Part shown: positions 19,911 through 29,204 of the stretch, piece by piece
Layout of the letters: the number at the start of each line of letters is the position of its first letter
How positions within the stretch are numbered: position 1 is the first letter of the stretch
Source of the DNA: an uncultured Clostridia bacterium
GTDB lineage: Bacteria; Bacillota; Clostridia; Christensenellales; UBA3700
DNA: 64,000 nucleotides
Direction: 5' to 3'
Assembly: GCA_947646415.1 (NCBI GenBank)
Contig: CANSGN010000005.1
Location: 14,083 to 78,082, forward strand
Made by a program: the position numbers and the translations under genes
The notes under the pieces: generated by a model
Databases searched by the model: none
What the model saw: the letters and a program-made list of their open reading frames with translations, nothing else
Told to the model about the DNA's origin: nothing

Positions 19911-20615
19911 TTATACCATTTTTGCAATTTCTTTTTTTAGTTTAGAAAGCACTTTTTTCTCAAGTCTTGAAATATACGACTGTGAAATCCCCATAATATC
20001 CGCGATTTCTTTTTGAGTTTTCTTTTCTATTCCCAATATACCAAATCGCATTTTTATTATTTGACGCTCACGCTCAGGCAATTTATTTGCACATTTTGCA
20101 AGTGCCTCCGTTTCAACAGATTTTTCCGCATCGTAAAACACTTCGTCGGGGTCTGTTCCAAGTATATCTGAAAGCAATAGCATATTACCCTCCCAATCTA
20201 CATTTAAAGGCTCGTCCAACGAAATATTATTTTTAACTTTGTTATTTTTTCTTAGATACATTAAAATTTCATTTTCAATACACCTAGCAGAATACGTTGC
20301 AAGTTTGATTTTTTTAGAGTTATCGTACGAATTAATGGCCTTAATCAAACCGATAGTACCAACCGAAATTAAATCTTCTATATCCAAATTTGTATTTTCA
20401 AACCTTTTGGCAATATAAACCACAAGTCTCAAATTGTGTTCGATAAGTTTATTTCGTGCATCTATATCGCCATCCATCATTTTTGCAATTACTTCGGCCT
20501 CTTCGTCTGCTTCAAGCGGTGCAGGCAAAGCCTCTCCGCTACCTATGTAATGAACTTGTCCGCCACACTCAAATCCGAATAACTTTTTTAAAAACAGTAA
20601 TATTTTCTCAAACAT
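19911..20615 (-). CDS. sigE: Sporulation sigma factor SigE (pro-sigma-E)
   Basis: YIGSGEALPAPLEADEE...NLRLVVYIAKRFENT parallels B. subtilis pro-sigma-E. The preferred start is ATG 20615 after GAGGTGA. The track start is 20636. Confidence 0.85.
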   Translation of the reverse strand: MFEKILLFLKKLFGFECGGQVHYIGSGEALPAPLEADEEAEVIAKMMDGDIDARNKLIEHNLRLVVYIAKRFENTNLDIEDLISVGTIGLIKAINSYDNSKKIKLATYSARCIENEILMYLRKNNKVKNNISLDEPLNVDWEGNMLLLSDILGTDPDEVFYDAEKSVETEALAKCANKLPERERQIIKMRFGILGIEKKTQKEIADIMGISQSYISRLEKKVLSKLKKEIAKMV

Positions 20616-20622
20616 ACTCACC

Positions 20623-21378
20623 TCAATATATATCATTATGTAATAATATTTTATATCCGCTGTTCAATTTATTAAATACGCAGTAAACGCTGTCGTAAAT
20701 ACGGTTATCTACAGTCACTTTTTCCAATTTAAACACTTCGGTATTTTTGTTTCCGCAAATAGTGTCGATGTTAATATGTCCTACCGCTTTATCTTCACAT
20801 TTTAAAGATTCGTCCATTACAATTACCGGATAAATACCTTTGTAGTATAACGTATTGCCGCTATCGTAGTATGCCTGTTCTCTTATTATCTTTTTCTCTT
20901 GATTGATGATTACTTTTTTCACATTACCCTCCGAAATATGTTTTTTTTGTATTAATTGAAAAACTTTACGACTGAATGCCAAAACAATTACAAAGATACT
21001 GCACATTAAACCTATATTGACATTTGACGGATTAGACATTGTCTCACGGAATGGTTGCCACATATTCATTATTCCGATTATTATTCCGCCAAACGCAAAG
21101 GAATATCCCAAAAATGCCGCAAATAGCAAAATCAACTTTTTAAAGGATAGTATTTTTGCGGTAAGCACACACATTATAAATGCTACCATTATTTTGATAA
21201 CAATATCGCCCGTAAAATCAATAAGAGGCGAAAAAAGCGCATAGACAGCACCAATCAATGAAGATATACATATTCGCCAAATAGTTATTTTTCTTTTAAA
21301 TGTCAAAAGGCTTAAATACAGCATTAGACAATCAATCGCAAAATTGTTAAACAATACACATTCAACATAAATTATCAT
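20623..21378 (-). CDS. spoIIGA: Sigma-E processing peptidase SpoIIGA
   Basis: 251 aa and polytopic. N-terminus MIIYVECVLFNNFAIDCLML resembles the MKIYLDV... type, and a YYDSGNTL aspartyl-protease motif is present. Confidence 0.8.
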   Translation of the reverse strand: MIIYVECVLFNNFAIDCLMLYLSLLTFKRKITIWRICISSLIGAVYALFSPLIDFTGDIVIKIMVAFIMCVLTAKILSFKKLILLFAAFLGYSFAFGGIIIGIMNMWQPFRETMSNPSNVNIGLMCSIFVIVLAFSRKVFQLIQKKHISEGNVKKVIINQEKKIIREQAYYDSGNTLYYKGIYPVIVMDESLKCEDKAVGHINIDTICGNKNTEVFKLEKVTVDNRIYDSVYCVFNKLNSGYKILLHNDIY

Positions 21379-21421
21379 ACAAACATTATAAGTATTTTAA
21401 AATTTATATTAATTTCCTATT

Positions 21422-21428
21422 TGTCGAA
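21422..21428 (+). promoter_or_regulatory. Spo0A-box-like heptamer upstream of spoIIGA
   Basis: Exact TGTCGAA (0A-box consensus TGNCGAA), 44-50 nt upstream of the spoIIGA ATG. Confidence 0.3.
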
Positions 21429-21514
21429 TAGTTTGCCATTATTGTCACTACCGTAAAATATATGCTCACAAAGCTTACAACTTGCCAAAATCAATAAAAT
21501 TTGTTTATTTAAAT

Positions 21515-21550
21515 ATAAAAAATAACAAGCAAAAAAATTGCTTGTTATTA
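21515..21550 (-). terminator. Second of two tandem terminators after rplS
   Basis: AATAACAAGC-N9-GCTTGTTATT followed by TTTTAT on the minus strand. Confidence 0.6.
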
Positions 21551-21584
21551 ATTTTATTGTTATAAGATTTTTATTGTAAAAAAA

Positions 21585-21619
21585 AGAAAAAAGACAAGGT
21601 ATTTTACCTTGTCTTTTAA
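21585..21619 (-). terminator. Intrinsic terminator after rplS
   Basis: AAGACAAGGT-atttt-ACCTTGTCTT with flanking A- and T-runs. Confidence 0.7.
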
Positions 21620-21621
21620 AA

Positions 21622-21972
21622 TTACTTATTGATAATCTCTTTAAGTTTAGCAGCCTTACCTGTTCTTCCACGCAAGTAATAAAGTTTAGCTCTTCTAACT
21701 TTACCGTTACGTACAATATCGATATGGTCAATCTTTGGAGAATGGAATGGGAATGTTCTTTCCACACCTACACCGAATGAAAGACGACGAACAGTGAATG
21801 TCTCACGAACGCTACCGTTTTTACGAGCAATAACAACGCCCTCAAAAGCTTGAAGTCTTTCTTTGTTACCCTCTTTGATTTTGAACCATACTTTAACAGT
21901 TTGACCAATTTTGATATTAGGCAAATCTGTACGAAGATTCTCTTGCTCAATTACATCAATAATATTACTCAT
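21622..21972 (-). CDS. rplS: 50S ribosomal protein L19
   Basis: 116 aa. ...[34 protein letters not shown]... Confidence 0.95.
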   Translation of the reverse strand: MSNIIDVIEQENLRTDLPNIKIGQTVKVWFKIKEGNKERLQAFEGVVIARKNGSVRETFTVRRLSFGVGVERTFPFHSPKIDHIDIVRNGKVRRAKLYYLRGRTGKAAKLKEIINK

Positions 21973-22030
21973 TTGACCTACCTCCTATTACGCAGTGTTC
22001 ATAAAATATTAGCGGAACACCCGAAGTCTT
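21973..22030 (-). promoter_or_regulatory. rplS 5' leader, possible L19-leader-type autoregulatory structure
   Basis: A ~55-nt leader with a GTGTTC...GAACAC hairpin just before the SD AGGAGG. The family assignment is not verifiable by eye. Confidence 0.3.
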
Positions 22031-22034
22031 TAAT

Positions 22035-22063
22035 ATATTATCATAAAATATTTTTATTTGCAA
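22035..22063 (-). promoter_or_regulatory. Sigma-A-type promoter for rplS
   Basis: Minus strand TTGCAA-N17-TAATAT. Confidence 0.5.
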
Positions 22064-22106
22064 GCATTTTAACATTAAATTTTAATTATTTTTTACATTT
22101 TTTAAT

Positions 22107-22463
22107 TTAATTTAGCCAAAATGCGTCTTTTATATGTTCTATCTTATCCTCGTCAATGCCAATCACATCAAATCGAACTGCTACATTGTACATTTTGTAG
22201 GATGCAATATACATTTTTGCGGAAAAAATTATGTTTTTTATTTTAGTCTTGGTAATTGACTCCAAGGGACTTCCATAGGAGGAAGTATATCTTGTTTTTA
22301 CTTCCACAAACACCAAAGTTTTTCCGTCCTTTGCAATGATATCAAGCTCGCTTTTACCTATATACAAATTCCTCGCAATGATTTTATAACCTTGTTTCTT
22401 TAAGTATTCGCAAGCAATATTTTCGCCTTTATTACCTATATTTTTAGTATTTAGTCCGTGCAT
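22107..22463 (-). CDS. yraN: YraN family (UPF0102) endonuclease-like protein
   Basis: GENIACEYLKKQGYKIIARN...ELDIIAKDGKTLVFVEVKTR. Trimmed from TTG 22478 to ATG 22463. Confidence 0.8.
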   Translation of the reverse strand: MHGLNTKNIGNKGENIACEYLKKQGYKIIARNLYIGKSELDIIAKDGKTLVFVEVKTRYTSSYGSPLESITKTKIKNIIFSAKMYIASYKMYNVAVRFDVIGIDEDKIEHIKDAFWLN

Positions 22464-22470
22464 TTTATCC

Positions 22471-23094
22471 TCACACAAACTTTTTTATAAAGCTTTTTCT
22501 ATGTATCTCGCACGGACCATGCTCTTTTATTGCCTGTATGTGTACAGCGGTACCGTACCCTTTGTGTTTTTCAAAAGCATATTGCGGGTACTTATTTGCA
22601 AGTTCAACCATAAGATTATCCCTATATACTTTTGCTATAATACTTGCAGCGCCTATATTATAGCTCAAGTAGTCGCCTTTTATAATGTTTACAATAGGTA
22701 TATCCGTGTCCAAAGTAAGGGCATCAATCAAAGCAACATCAGGCTTTATTTTAAGCCCCTCTAAGGCGTTTTTCATACATAGCTTTGTTGCCTCCAAAAT
22801 GTTGATTTCGTCAATAACTGCAGGCGAAACCTCCGCAATGTTATAACATATCGCATTTTCTTTTATTAAATCGCTAAGTTTATTTCTTTTTTTCTCGCTG
22901 ACTTTTTTACTGTCGTCAATCCCCTCGATAAGCTTATCAAGCGGCATTATAACTGCGGCACAAACAACAGGTCCAGCAAGCGGTCCTCTTCCTACTTCGT
23001 CAACTCCTGCTATGTATTTGTATCCCTTTGCAAGGCACTCCAATTCGTATTTTAATTTATCTTGAACAGTAAGTTTTTCCATATTTATACCCAT
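22471..23094 (-). CDS. rnhB: Ribonuclease HII
   Basis: AGVDEVGRGPLAGPVV active-site motif. An alternative start is ATG 23082. Confidence 0.9.
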   Translation of the reverse strand: MGINMEKLTVQDKLKYELECLAKGYKYIAGVDEVGRGPLAGPVVCAAVIMPLDKLIEGIDDSKKVSEKKRNKLSDLIKENAICYNIAEVSPAVIDEINILEATKLCMKNALEGLKIKPDVALIDALTLDTDIPIVNIIKGDYLSYNIGAASIIAKVYRDNLMVELANKYPQYAFEKHKGYGTAVHIQAIKEHGPCEIHRKSFIKKFV

Positions 23095-23176
23095 TATTTT
23101 TTACGTATTTTAACCGATTATTAAGTGTTTAACAATCGAATTTTTTTCGCAAGTTATTTTTAATATCTAAAATTTT

Positions 23177-24025
23177 TTATTTTAAATCTTCACATTTTTC
23201 AAGCATAATCAAACCGAGCTTACCTTTTCTAAAATCATCAATTATGGTTTTGGCAAGTCTTTCGGTGTCAAGTATTCCGCCTTTTAACAAAAATCCGCGT
23301 TTTTTTGCAATATATTCTAAAGCCAAATTGTTTTCCTGCGGTAGCTCTGTTATTTTATATCTTCCCAAAAGATTTTGTAAATAGTATTTTCTGCAAAAAT
23401 CAAGCATTTCTTCCGCAAGCTCTATTATATTTAATATATCTTCATTAATACTGCCTACAAATGCCAAATGTTTTGCGTGTTCTTGATTTTCAAACGACGG
23501 CCATAATGTTCCAGGAGTGTCCAAAAGTTCCACGCCTTTTGCAAGCACTACCCATTGCTTACCACGTGTAACACCCGGTCTATCGCCCGTTATTGTTCTT
23601 TTAGCACCACACAAACTGTTAATCAATGTAGATTTTCCGCTGTTTGGAATACCTACAACCATTGCACGTATGCTACGATTTACACCTTTGTTTTGATATT
23701 TTTCTATCAAATTTTTATTTAATATTTTAAGTCCGTCAATAACTTTCTGCGTGTTTCCGTTTGCACTATTACAAACAACTACTTGCATATTGTTATCCTT
23801 AAAATATTTTATCCAAGCATTTAAATCTTCCCTTTCAACCAAATCAGCTTTGTTAAGGACATACAAAATAGGTTTACCGCCCGCAAGCTCGTTCAATTTA
23901 GGATTAAAGGAAGCCGCTATGCACCTGCAATCAAGTACATATATCAAACAATCAACAAGTTTTACATTTTCTTCCATCATCCTCAAAGCTTTGGTCATGT
24001 GCCCCGGGAACCATTGTATGTGCAT
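23177..24025 (-). CDS. rbgA: Ribosome biogenesis GTPase A (YlqF)
   Basis: MHIQWFPGHMTKA and circularly permuted G motifs (NKADL...GIPNSGKST). Confidence 0.9.
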   Translation of the reverse strand: MHIQWFPGHMTKALRMMEENVKLVDCLIYVLDCRCIAASFNPKLNELAGGKPILYVLNKADLVEREDLNAWIKYFKDNNMQVVVCNSANGNTQKVIDGLKILNKNLIEKYQNKGVNRSIRAMVVGIPNSGKSTLINSLCGAKRTITGDRPGVTRGKQWVVLAKGVELLDTPGTLWPSFENQEHAKHLAFVGSINEDILNIIELAEEMLDFCRKYYLQNLLGRYKITELPQENNLALEYIAKKRGFLLKGGILDTERLAKTIIDDFRKGKLGLIMLEKCEDLK

Positions 24026-24699
24026 TATTTATCCTCCAACAAATCAGGTCTTTTTTCTTTAGTTATCCTTATTTGCTCGTTATATCGCCATTTATCAATT
24101 TCGCCGTGATTACCGCTTAAAAGTACTTCCGGAACAGTCATACCTCTAAAATTTTGTGGTCTTGTATACTGCGGATACTCAAGCAAACCGTTTGAAAAGC
24201 TCTCCTCGTTTGTAGACTCGCTACTTCCCAAAACTCCATCAATATACCTTGCTATCGCATCAATAGCCACCATACAGGCAAGTTCCCCGCCTGTAAGTAC
24301 ATAGTCGCCGATAGACAATTCCATATCTATTTCGCTGTCAATAACTCTTTGGTCAACTCCCTCATAATGTCCGCACAAAAACAACAAGTTTTCTTCACTG
24401 CTTAGTTGTTCGACAAGAGGTTGAGAAAGTGTTTTACCCTTTGGAGATAAAAAAATGCGTTTGCAAACTCTGTTTGGGTCTACAGCGGCAATAGCATCAA
24501 AAATCGGTTGAGGTGTCATAACCATTCCGCTACCTCCGCCAAATGGATAATCGTCGCATTTTTTATGTTTGTCTGTGCTATACTCTCGTATATCCGTAAC
24601 GTTTAAAGTAAATTTTTCATTTTCCAACGCTCTGCCTATAACGCTTTCATTTAAGCATGCAAACATATTAGGAAACAATGTCAACACTTCAATCTTCAT
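24025..24699 (-). CDS. trmD: tRNA (guanine37-N1)-methyltransferase
   Basis: MKIEVLTLFPNMF... Trimmed from TTG 24708 to ATG 24699. Confidence 0.9.
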   Translation of the reverse strand: MKIEVLTLFPNMFACLNESVIGRALENEKFTLNVTDIREYSTDKHKKCDDYPFGGGSGMVMTPQPIFDAIAAVDPNRVCKRIFLSPKGKTLSQPLVEQLSSEENLLFLCGHYEGVDQRVIDSEIDMELSIGDYVLTGGELACMVAIDAIARYIDGVLGSSESTNEESFSNGLLEYPQYTRPQNFRGMTVPEVLLSGNHGEIDKWRYNEQIRITKEKRPDLLEDK

Positions 24700-25189
24700 A
24701 AACTGCAATTTGCTCCAAAATTTCTTTATTTAAATATAGCTTTTTATTTTCGACATCAACTTTTGCAAGCACTGTTTTTAAACAAGGGAACATAAAATTT
24801 TTATCTCCTTTGACAACGTAAACATCTGCAGCACCATATTGCAAAATATCGGCAACTGTTCCGACAACACTGTCGCAAACAATAACCTCCATTCCAATTA
24901 TATCGCTGACCAAATATCTGCCTTGTTCTAGTTTAGGCATTTTATCCCGCTCAAAAGCTACTTGCATGCCTCGCAAAAGTTCAGCTTGATTTCTGTCATC
25001 AACACCGTCGAGTTTAAAAAACATCCCGTTAACCAAATTTTTTACGGAAACCACTTTATAACATTTATTATCCAAGTAAATTTCTTTTAGCTTGCTTGCC
25101 AAAGCTTTATCTTGCGGCAAAATGTCAACTTTTATCTCGCCTTTTATACCTTGCGGTTTAATGACTTTACCAATCACAATCTTATCCAT
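24689..25189 (-). CDS. rimM: 16S rRNA processing protein RimM
   Basis: 166 aa. GKVIKPQGIKGEIKV and a PRC-barrel C-terminus. Canonical synteny. Confidence 0.88.
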   Translation of the reverse strand: MDKIVIGKVIKPQGIKGEIKVDILPQDKALASKLKEIYLDNKCYKVVSVKNLVNGMFFKLDGVDDRNQAELLRGMQVAFERDKMPKLEQGRYLVSDIIGMEVIVCDSVVGTVADILQYGAADVYVVKGDKNFMFPCLKTVLAKVDVENKKLYLNKEILEQIAVYED

Positions 25190-25317
25190 AATTATTTAAA
25201 ACATATCGAAAATCGACCCTAAATTTATTATATCTTATAAACTTATTTACTATCTAATGTTACTACCTGTATAAATTACCAATAGACCCCACGGAAATTT
25301 GTGGGGTCAATAGTGTA

Positions 25318-25545
25318 TTATTTTTCATTAATTTCTACAGTGTAACGTTTGTTTTGCTTCATACCTGAAGACTTGATAATTGCTCTTATAGCCTTTGCAA
25401 CTCTGCCTTGCTTGCCGATAATTCTGCCTATTTCGCTTTTATCGGAGTTGATATTGATAACAAAATTCTCTTCGTCAATCACGATATCAACCAAGTTAGG
25501 GTCGTCTACAAGTCCATTGATAATTGTTCTTACTAACTCTTGCAT
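25318..25545 (-). CDS. ylqC: KH-domain RNA-binding protein (YlqC/UPF0109)
   Basis: 75 aa. IGRIIGKQGRVAKAIRAI GXXG loop. Confidence 0.85.
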   Translation of the reverse strand: MQELVRTIINGLVDDPNLVDIVIDEENFVININSDKSEIGRIIGKQGRVAKAIRAIIKSSGMKQNKRYTVEINEK

Positions 25546-25547
25546 AA

Positions 25548-25793
25548 TTACTTGATTAGTCCTTCTTTCTTTAGCAAATCTTTAACAGTATCTGTGCATT
25601 GAGCACCGTTGTTAAGCCATTTGCTAGCAACTTCAGTGTCGATTTTTACCACTGCAGGCTCTTTAGTTGGGTCATAGTAACCGATTGACTCGATATATTG
25701 ACCATCTCTTGCCTTTCTGCTGTCCATTGCTACAATACGATAAAATGGCTTACCTTTTTTACCCATTCTTGTTAATCTTAATTTAACTGCCAT
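25548..25793 (-). CDS. rpsP: 30S ribosomal protein S16
   Basis: [26 protein letters not shown]... Confidence 0.95.
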   Translation of the reverse strand: MAVKLRLTRMGKKGKPFYRIVAMDSRKARDGQYIESIGYYDPTKEPAVVKIDTEVASKWLNNGAQCTDTVKDLLKKEGLIK

Positions 25794-25893
25794 AAATGTA
25801 CTTCCTCCAATATTATAAATATTTATATATAATTAAAATTAATTATCCTAGTTTAAGTGCTGTTTTGCTTTAAAATCAAGCAAAACTTTTTTA

Positions 25894-27225
25894 TTAAAAC
25901 GGCATTCTCATTCTGCCTTTTAAACCGCCGCTTGTCATTCTGCGCATCATTTCTTTTGTCTGCTCAAACTGCTTTAACAATGAGTTTACGTCTTGTAACG
26001 AAGTTCCGCTACCGTTTGCAATTCTCTTACGTCTTGAGCCTTTTATTATTTGAGGATTTTCCCTTTCTGCAGGCGTCATCGAACGTATAATTGCTTTCAT
26101 TCTGTCAATCTGCTTTTCGTCTATATCCAAATTTTGACCTTTCAATTTACCACTCAAACCGGGTATCATATTAAGCATATCTTTCATACTACCCATTTGA
26201 TTTACACGTTCAAATTGTTTCAAATAGTCATTTAGGTCAAATGATTTGTCTTTAATTTTCTTTTGCAATTTTTTTGCATCTTCTTCTGTTATGGCATTTT
26301 GAGCTTTTTCAATAAGAGTCAAAACATCGCCCATACCTAAAATTCTCGATGCCATTCTGTCAGGATGAAAAGCTTCAATATCCGTCATTTTTTCGCCTAT
26401 ACCGCAAAATTTAACGGGTTTTCCTGTAACAGCCTTTATAGATAGTGCCGCACCGCCTCTTGTATCGCCGTCAAGCTTAGTAAGCACAACACCTGTAATA
26501 TCTAATTGTTTATTAAAAGTATCTGCAACATTTACCGCATCTTGACCTGTCATACTGTCTACGGTTAAAAGTATTTCGTGCGGTTTGTAAGCTTGCTTTA
26601 TTGACTGCAACTCTTCCATAAGTTGTTCATCTATATGCAGTCTTCCCGCAGTATCTATAATAACAACGTCATTACCATTTTTATAAGCTGTTTCAAAAGC
26701 ACCTTTCAATATTTTAAGCGGTGCGATTTGACCTTGTTCATATACGGGAACGCCTACACTGCCACCTACAACCTGCAACTGCTTTATTGCAGCAGGTCTA
26801 TAAATATCACATGCAACCAACAGCGGTTTTTTGCCTTGTTTTTTAAGCATTAATGCAAGTTTACCGCACATAGTCGTCTTACCTGCACCTTGCAATCCGC
26901 ACATCATAATTATTGTTGGCGGATTATCGCTTACAGCAAGTTTTGAGTGAGTAGCACCCATCAATTCAATCAATTCGTCATTAACAATTTTAATAACTTG
27001 TTGAGCAGGCGATAAACTACGCAATATATCCTCGCCGATAGCTTTTTCACTTACCTTGTTGATAAATTGCTTTACAACGCCAAAGTTTACGTCTGCCTCC
27101 AAAAGTGCAATACGCACCTCTCTCATAGCACCTTTAACTTCTAGCTCGGTAAGTTTGCCTTTATTTTTCAGTTTGGAAAAAATATGCCCAAGTCTGTCAC
27201 TTAAACTATTAAATGTCCCCATCAT
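25894..27225 (-). CDS. ffh: Signal recognition particle protein Ffh
   Basis: 443 aa. NG domain (GLQGAGKTT, DTAGR) and a Met-rich M domain. ATG 27222 is an equally possible start. Confidence 0.95.
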   Translation of the reverse strand: MMGTFNSLSDRLGHIFSKLKNKGKLTELEVKGAMREVRIALLEADVNFGVVKQFINKVSEKAIGEDILRSLSPAQQVIKIVNDELIELMGATHSKLAVSDNPPTIIMMCGLQGAGKTTMCGKLALMLKKQGKKPLLVACDIYRPAAIKQLQVVGGSVGVPVYEQGQIAPLKILKGAFETAYKNGNDVVIIDTAGRLHIDEQLMEELQSIKQAYKPHEILLTVDSMTGQDAVNVADTFNKQLDITGVVLTKLDGDTRGGAALSIKAVTGKPVKFCGIGEKMTDIEAFHPDRMASRILGMGDVLTLIEKAQNAITEEDAKKLQKKIKDKSFDLNDYLKQFERVNQMGSMKDMLNMIPGLSGKLKGQNLDIDEKQIDRMKAIIRSMTPAERENPQIIKGSRRKRIANGSGTSLQDVNSLLKQFEQTKEMMRRMTSGGLKGRMRMPF

Positions 27226-27559
27226 TATCCTCCAATATTTCTTTTAGCAATGAGAGATTTGTTTTAGACAATTCTTTATCATTATTATCTATTGCTCTTT
27301 CCATTTGTTTGATTAGCTCGGTCATACTTGCAAATTTTTTGCATAAGCCAAGTTTTTCTTCAAATCCGATAAGCAATGATTCCGCTCTTTTAATTGTATC
27401 TCTGACTGCTTGTCTGCTTACACTAAATTGCTCTGCTATCTCAAATAAAGAAATATCGCAATCATAGTATAATTTAATCATTTCGCATTGGTGTTCAGTA
27501 AGCAGGCAACCGTAAAAATCATTGTATCTACTTATAAAAAGTTTTTCCGATTTTGACAT
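27209..27559 (-). CDS. ylxM: YlxM (UPF0122) putative DNA-binding protein
   Basis: 116 aa. Sigma-70 region-4-like HTH (SLFEIAEQFSVSRQAVRDTI). Its position upstream of ffh is canonical. Confidence 0.85.
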   Translation of the reverse strand: MSKSEKLFISRYNDFYGCLLTEHQCEMIKLYYDCDISLFEIAEQFSVSRQAVRDTIKRAESLLIGFEEKLGLCKKFASMTELIKQMERAIDNNDKELSKTNLSLLKEILEDNDGDI

Positions 27560-27605
27560 TGTCCGCTCCTTAGCATAATGTGTAAAGGACTTTACCTTTA
27601 CAGCT

Positions 27606-27634
27606 ATTATATATTAGTATTTCTATATTGTCAA
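27606..27634 (-). promoter_or_regulatory. Consensus sigma-A promoter for ylxM-ffh
   Basis: Minus strand TTGACA-N17-TATAAT, exact consensus. Confidence 0.6.
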
Positions 27635-27718
27635 GCATTTATAATAAAATTTTAACAAATAACTCATTAAAATTATAATTCACTCAAAAACCTTGCGAAA
27701 ATCGATATTAATCAAATT

Positions 27719-28762
27719 TTATTCCTTATAATTTATTTGATATTTTTTGGTTTTGTATTTCGGCTTACTCGTTGCGGTGGAAACAGTCATTTCTCTATCC
27801 GCATCAATTATCGTGTCACTAATAAGATTTTGAACGTCACTATTTAATTTTTCTTTATTGATTGTAAGCGACAATTCGTTTGCACCAAAATGTTTTTGAA
27901 TAACTTTTACCAACAAATTTTCAAGCTTATCACTGTACTTCCACAAGCCGACAAACATTGCGACCACGGCTATTCCTATAATTATCCAAAGCAAAATTCC
28001 CCACCAAGTATTAAGAGGTATTTTACCCATTATGTCAAATGTCAAAGTCTGTCCGATTATAGTTATCGGTCTTGTTACAATTTGCATGATAAAGAAAGTT
28101 GTATATGACATTGTGGTAACGCCTGCAAAAATGCACAACAAATCGTCAGGGAAAACAGGCAGCAAAAACATCATAAATAGCATCATTTTGTCTCTGCCCT
28201 TTAACATTTTTTGATATTTGTTGTATGATTTAGGACCTACCATCCAAATCAAAAGTTTAACGCCAAATACTCTACCCAAAACAAATGCCAGCATTGACCC
28301 AAGCATCATTCCTACCAAGCTACAAACAAATACTAACCACAAATTTTGGAAAGCAGCCATACCTGCGGCGGTTGTAATTGCCGACGGAATAGGAATAAAA
28401 GTAACTTGCAAAAATTGAATTAAAATATAAATTAGCGGTCCCCAAATACCTGTTTTTTTCATTAGGTCGGAAATATTATCCGCATCTTTCAAAAGGTCAA
28501 GCGCACCGCTTTTTAGTAGTCCTATATAAATAGCAAATCCTATTGCCGCAAAAAACAAAACTATCAATGTCAATTTAAACATTGATTCCTTTCGTTTATA
28601 AATACACGCAACGCAAATTATAGAGACTAAAAACGCACCGACAATCAATAAAATGGGCATATAAAGTGCTGTTTCGCCAAACAAAAATATAGCCTCAATC
28701 ATTGTAGCAAGTCCTAAAAAGACTGCTAATAACGAAAAAGTCAATTTTGATTTATCACTCAT
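27719..28762 (-). CDS. TVP38/TMEM64 (DedA-related) family membrane protein
   Basis: 347 aa and polytopic, with a VFPDDLLCIFAGVT motif. The start overlaps the rnhA stop. Confidence 0.7.
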   Translation of the reverse strand: MSDKSKLTFSLLAVFLGLATMIEAIFLFGETALYMPILLIVGAFLVSIICVACIYKRKESMFKLTLIVLFFAAIGFAIYIGLLKSGALDLLKDADNISDLMKKTGIWGPLIYILIQFLQVTFIPIPSAITTAAGMAAFQNLWLVFVCSLVGMMLGSMLAFVLGRVFGVKLLIWMVGPKSYNKYQKMLKGRDKMMLFMMFLLPVFPDDLLCIFAGVTTMSYTTFFIMQIVTRPITIIGQTLTFDIMGKIPLNTWWGILLWIIIGIAVVAMFVGLWKYSDKLENLLVKVIQKHFGANELSLTINKEKLNSDVQNLISDTIIDADREMTVSTATSKPKYKTKKYQINYKE

Positions 28763-29204
28763 TTTTGCCTCCTAATATTTTATCTACTTGTTCTCTTGCC
28801 ATTTTGTCACACTCATTGTTATATACATTATCACTATGCCCTTTTACTTTTATAAATTTTACATTATGAAAGTTAACAAGGCTGTCCAACTGTTTCCATA
28901 ATTCAAGATTTTTAATACTGCTTTTTTGCTTTTTCCAACCATTTGCTTTCCAATTATCCACCCAATTTTGAAGATAGGCATTGACAACGTAAGCAGAATC
29001 CGAAAAAATCTCCACTTCGCATTTTTCTTTCAAACAACTTAATCCGTTTATTACGGCAAGTAATTCCATTCTGTTATTTGTTGTATTAGGCTCCCCGCCG
29101 GAAATGCGTTTTTCAACTCCATTATATATCAAAATCGCACCCCATCCACCGGGTCCTGGGTTATAACTACAAGCCCCGTCGGTATATATTTGAATATGTT
29201 TCAC
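28755..29204 (-). CDS. rnhA: Ribonuclease HI
   Basis: IYTDGAC...NNRMELLAVINGL...KGHSD. GTG start with SD GAGGAG. Overlaps the proC stop. Confidence 0.9.
   Translation of the reverse strand: MKHIQIYTDGACSYNPGPGGWGAILIYNGVEKRISGGEPNTTNNRMELLAVINGLSCLKEKCEVEIFSDSAYVVNAYLQNWVDNWKANGWKKQKSSIKNLELWKQLDSLVNFHNVKFIKVKGHSDNVYNNECDKMAREQVDKILGGKNE

Noticed and set aside
21417-21767. A 116-aa minus-strand ORF spanning the rplS 3' end and the rplS-spoIIGA intergenic region.
   Set aside because: It overlaps rplS out of frame and runs straight through two strong terminator hairpins. It has no SD.
25862-25892. A plus-strand-oriented intrinsic terminator (GTTTTGCTT-N7-AAGCAAAAC followed by T6) between ffh and rpsP. 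I considered whether it marks a small plus-strand sRNA.
   Set aside because: There is no convincing plus-strand promoter upstream. On the minus strand the hairpin lacks a U-tract. It is more likely an mRNA processing or stability element, or a guard against antisense read-in. The evidence is insufficient to call an sRNA.
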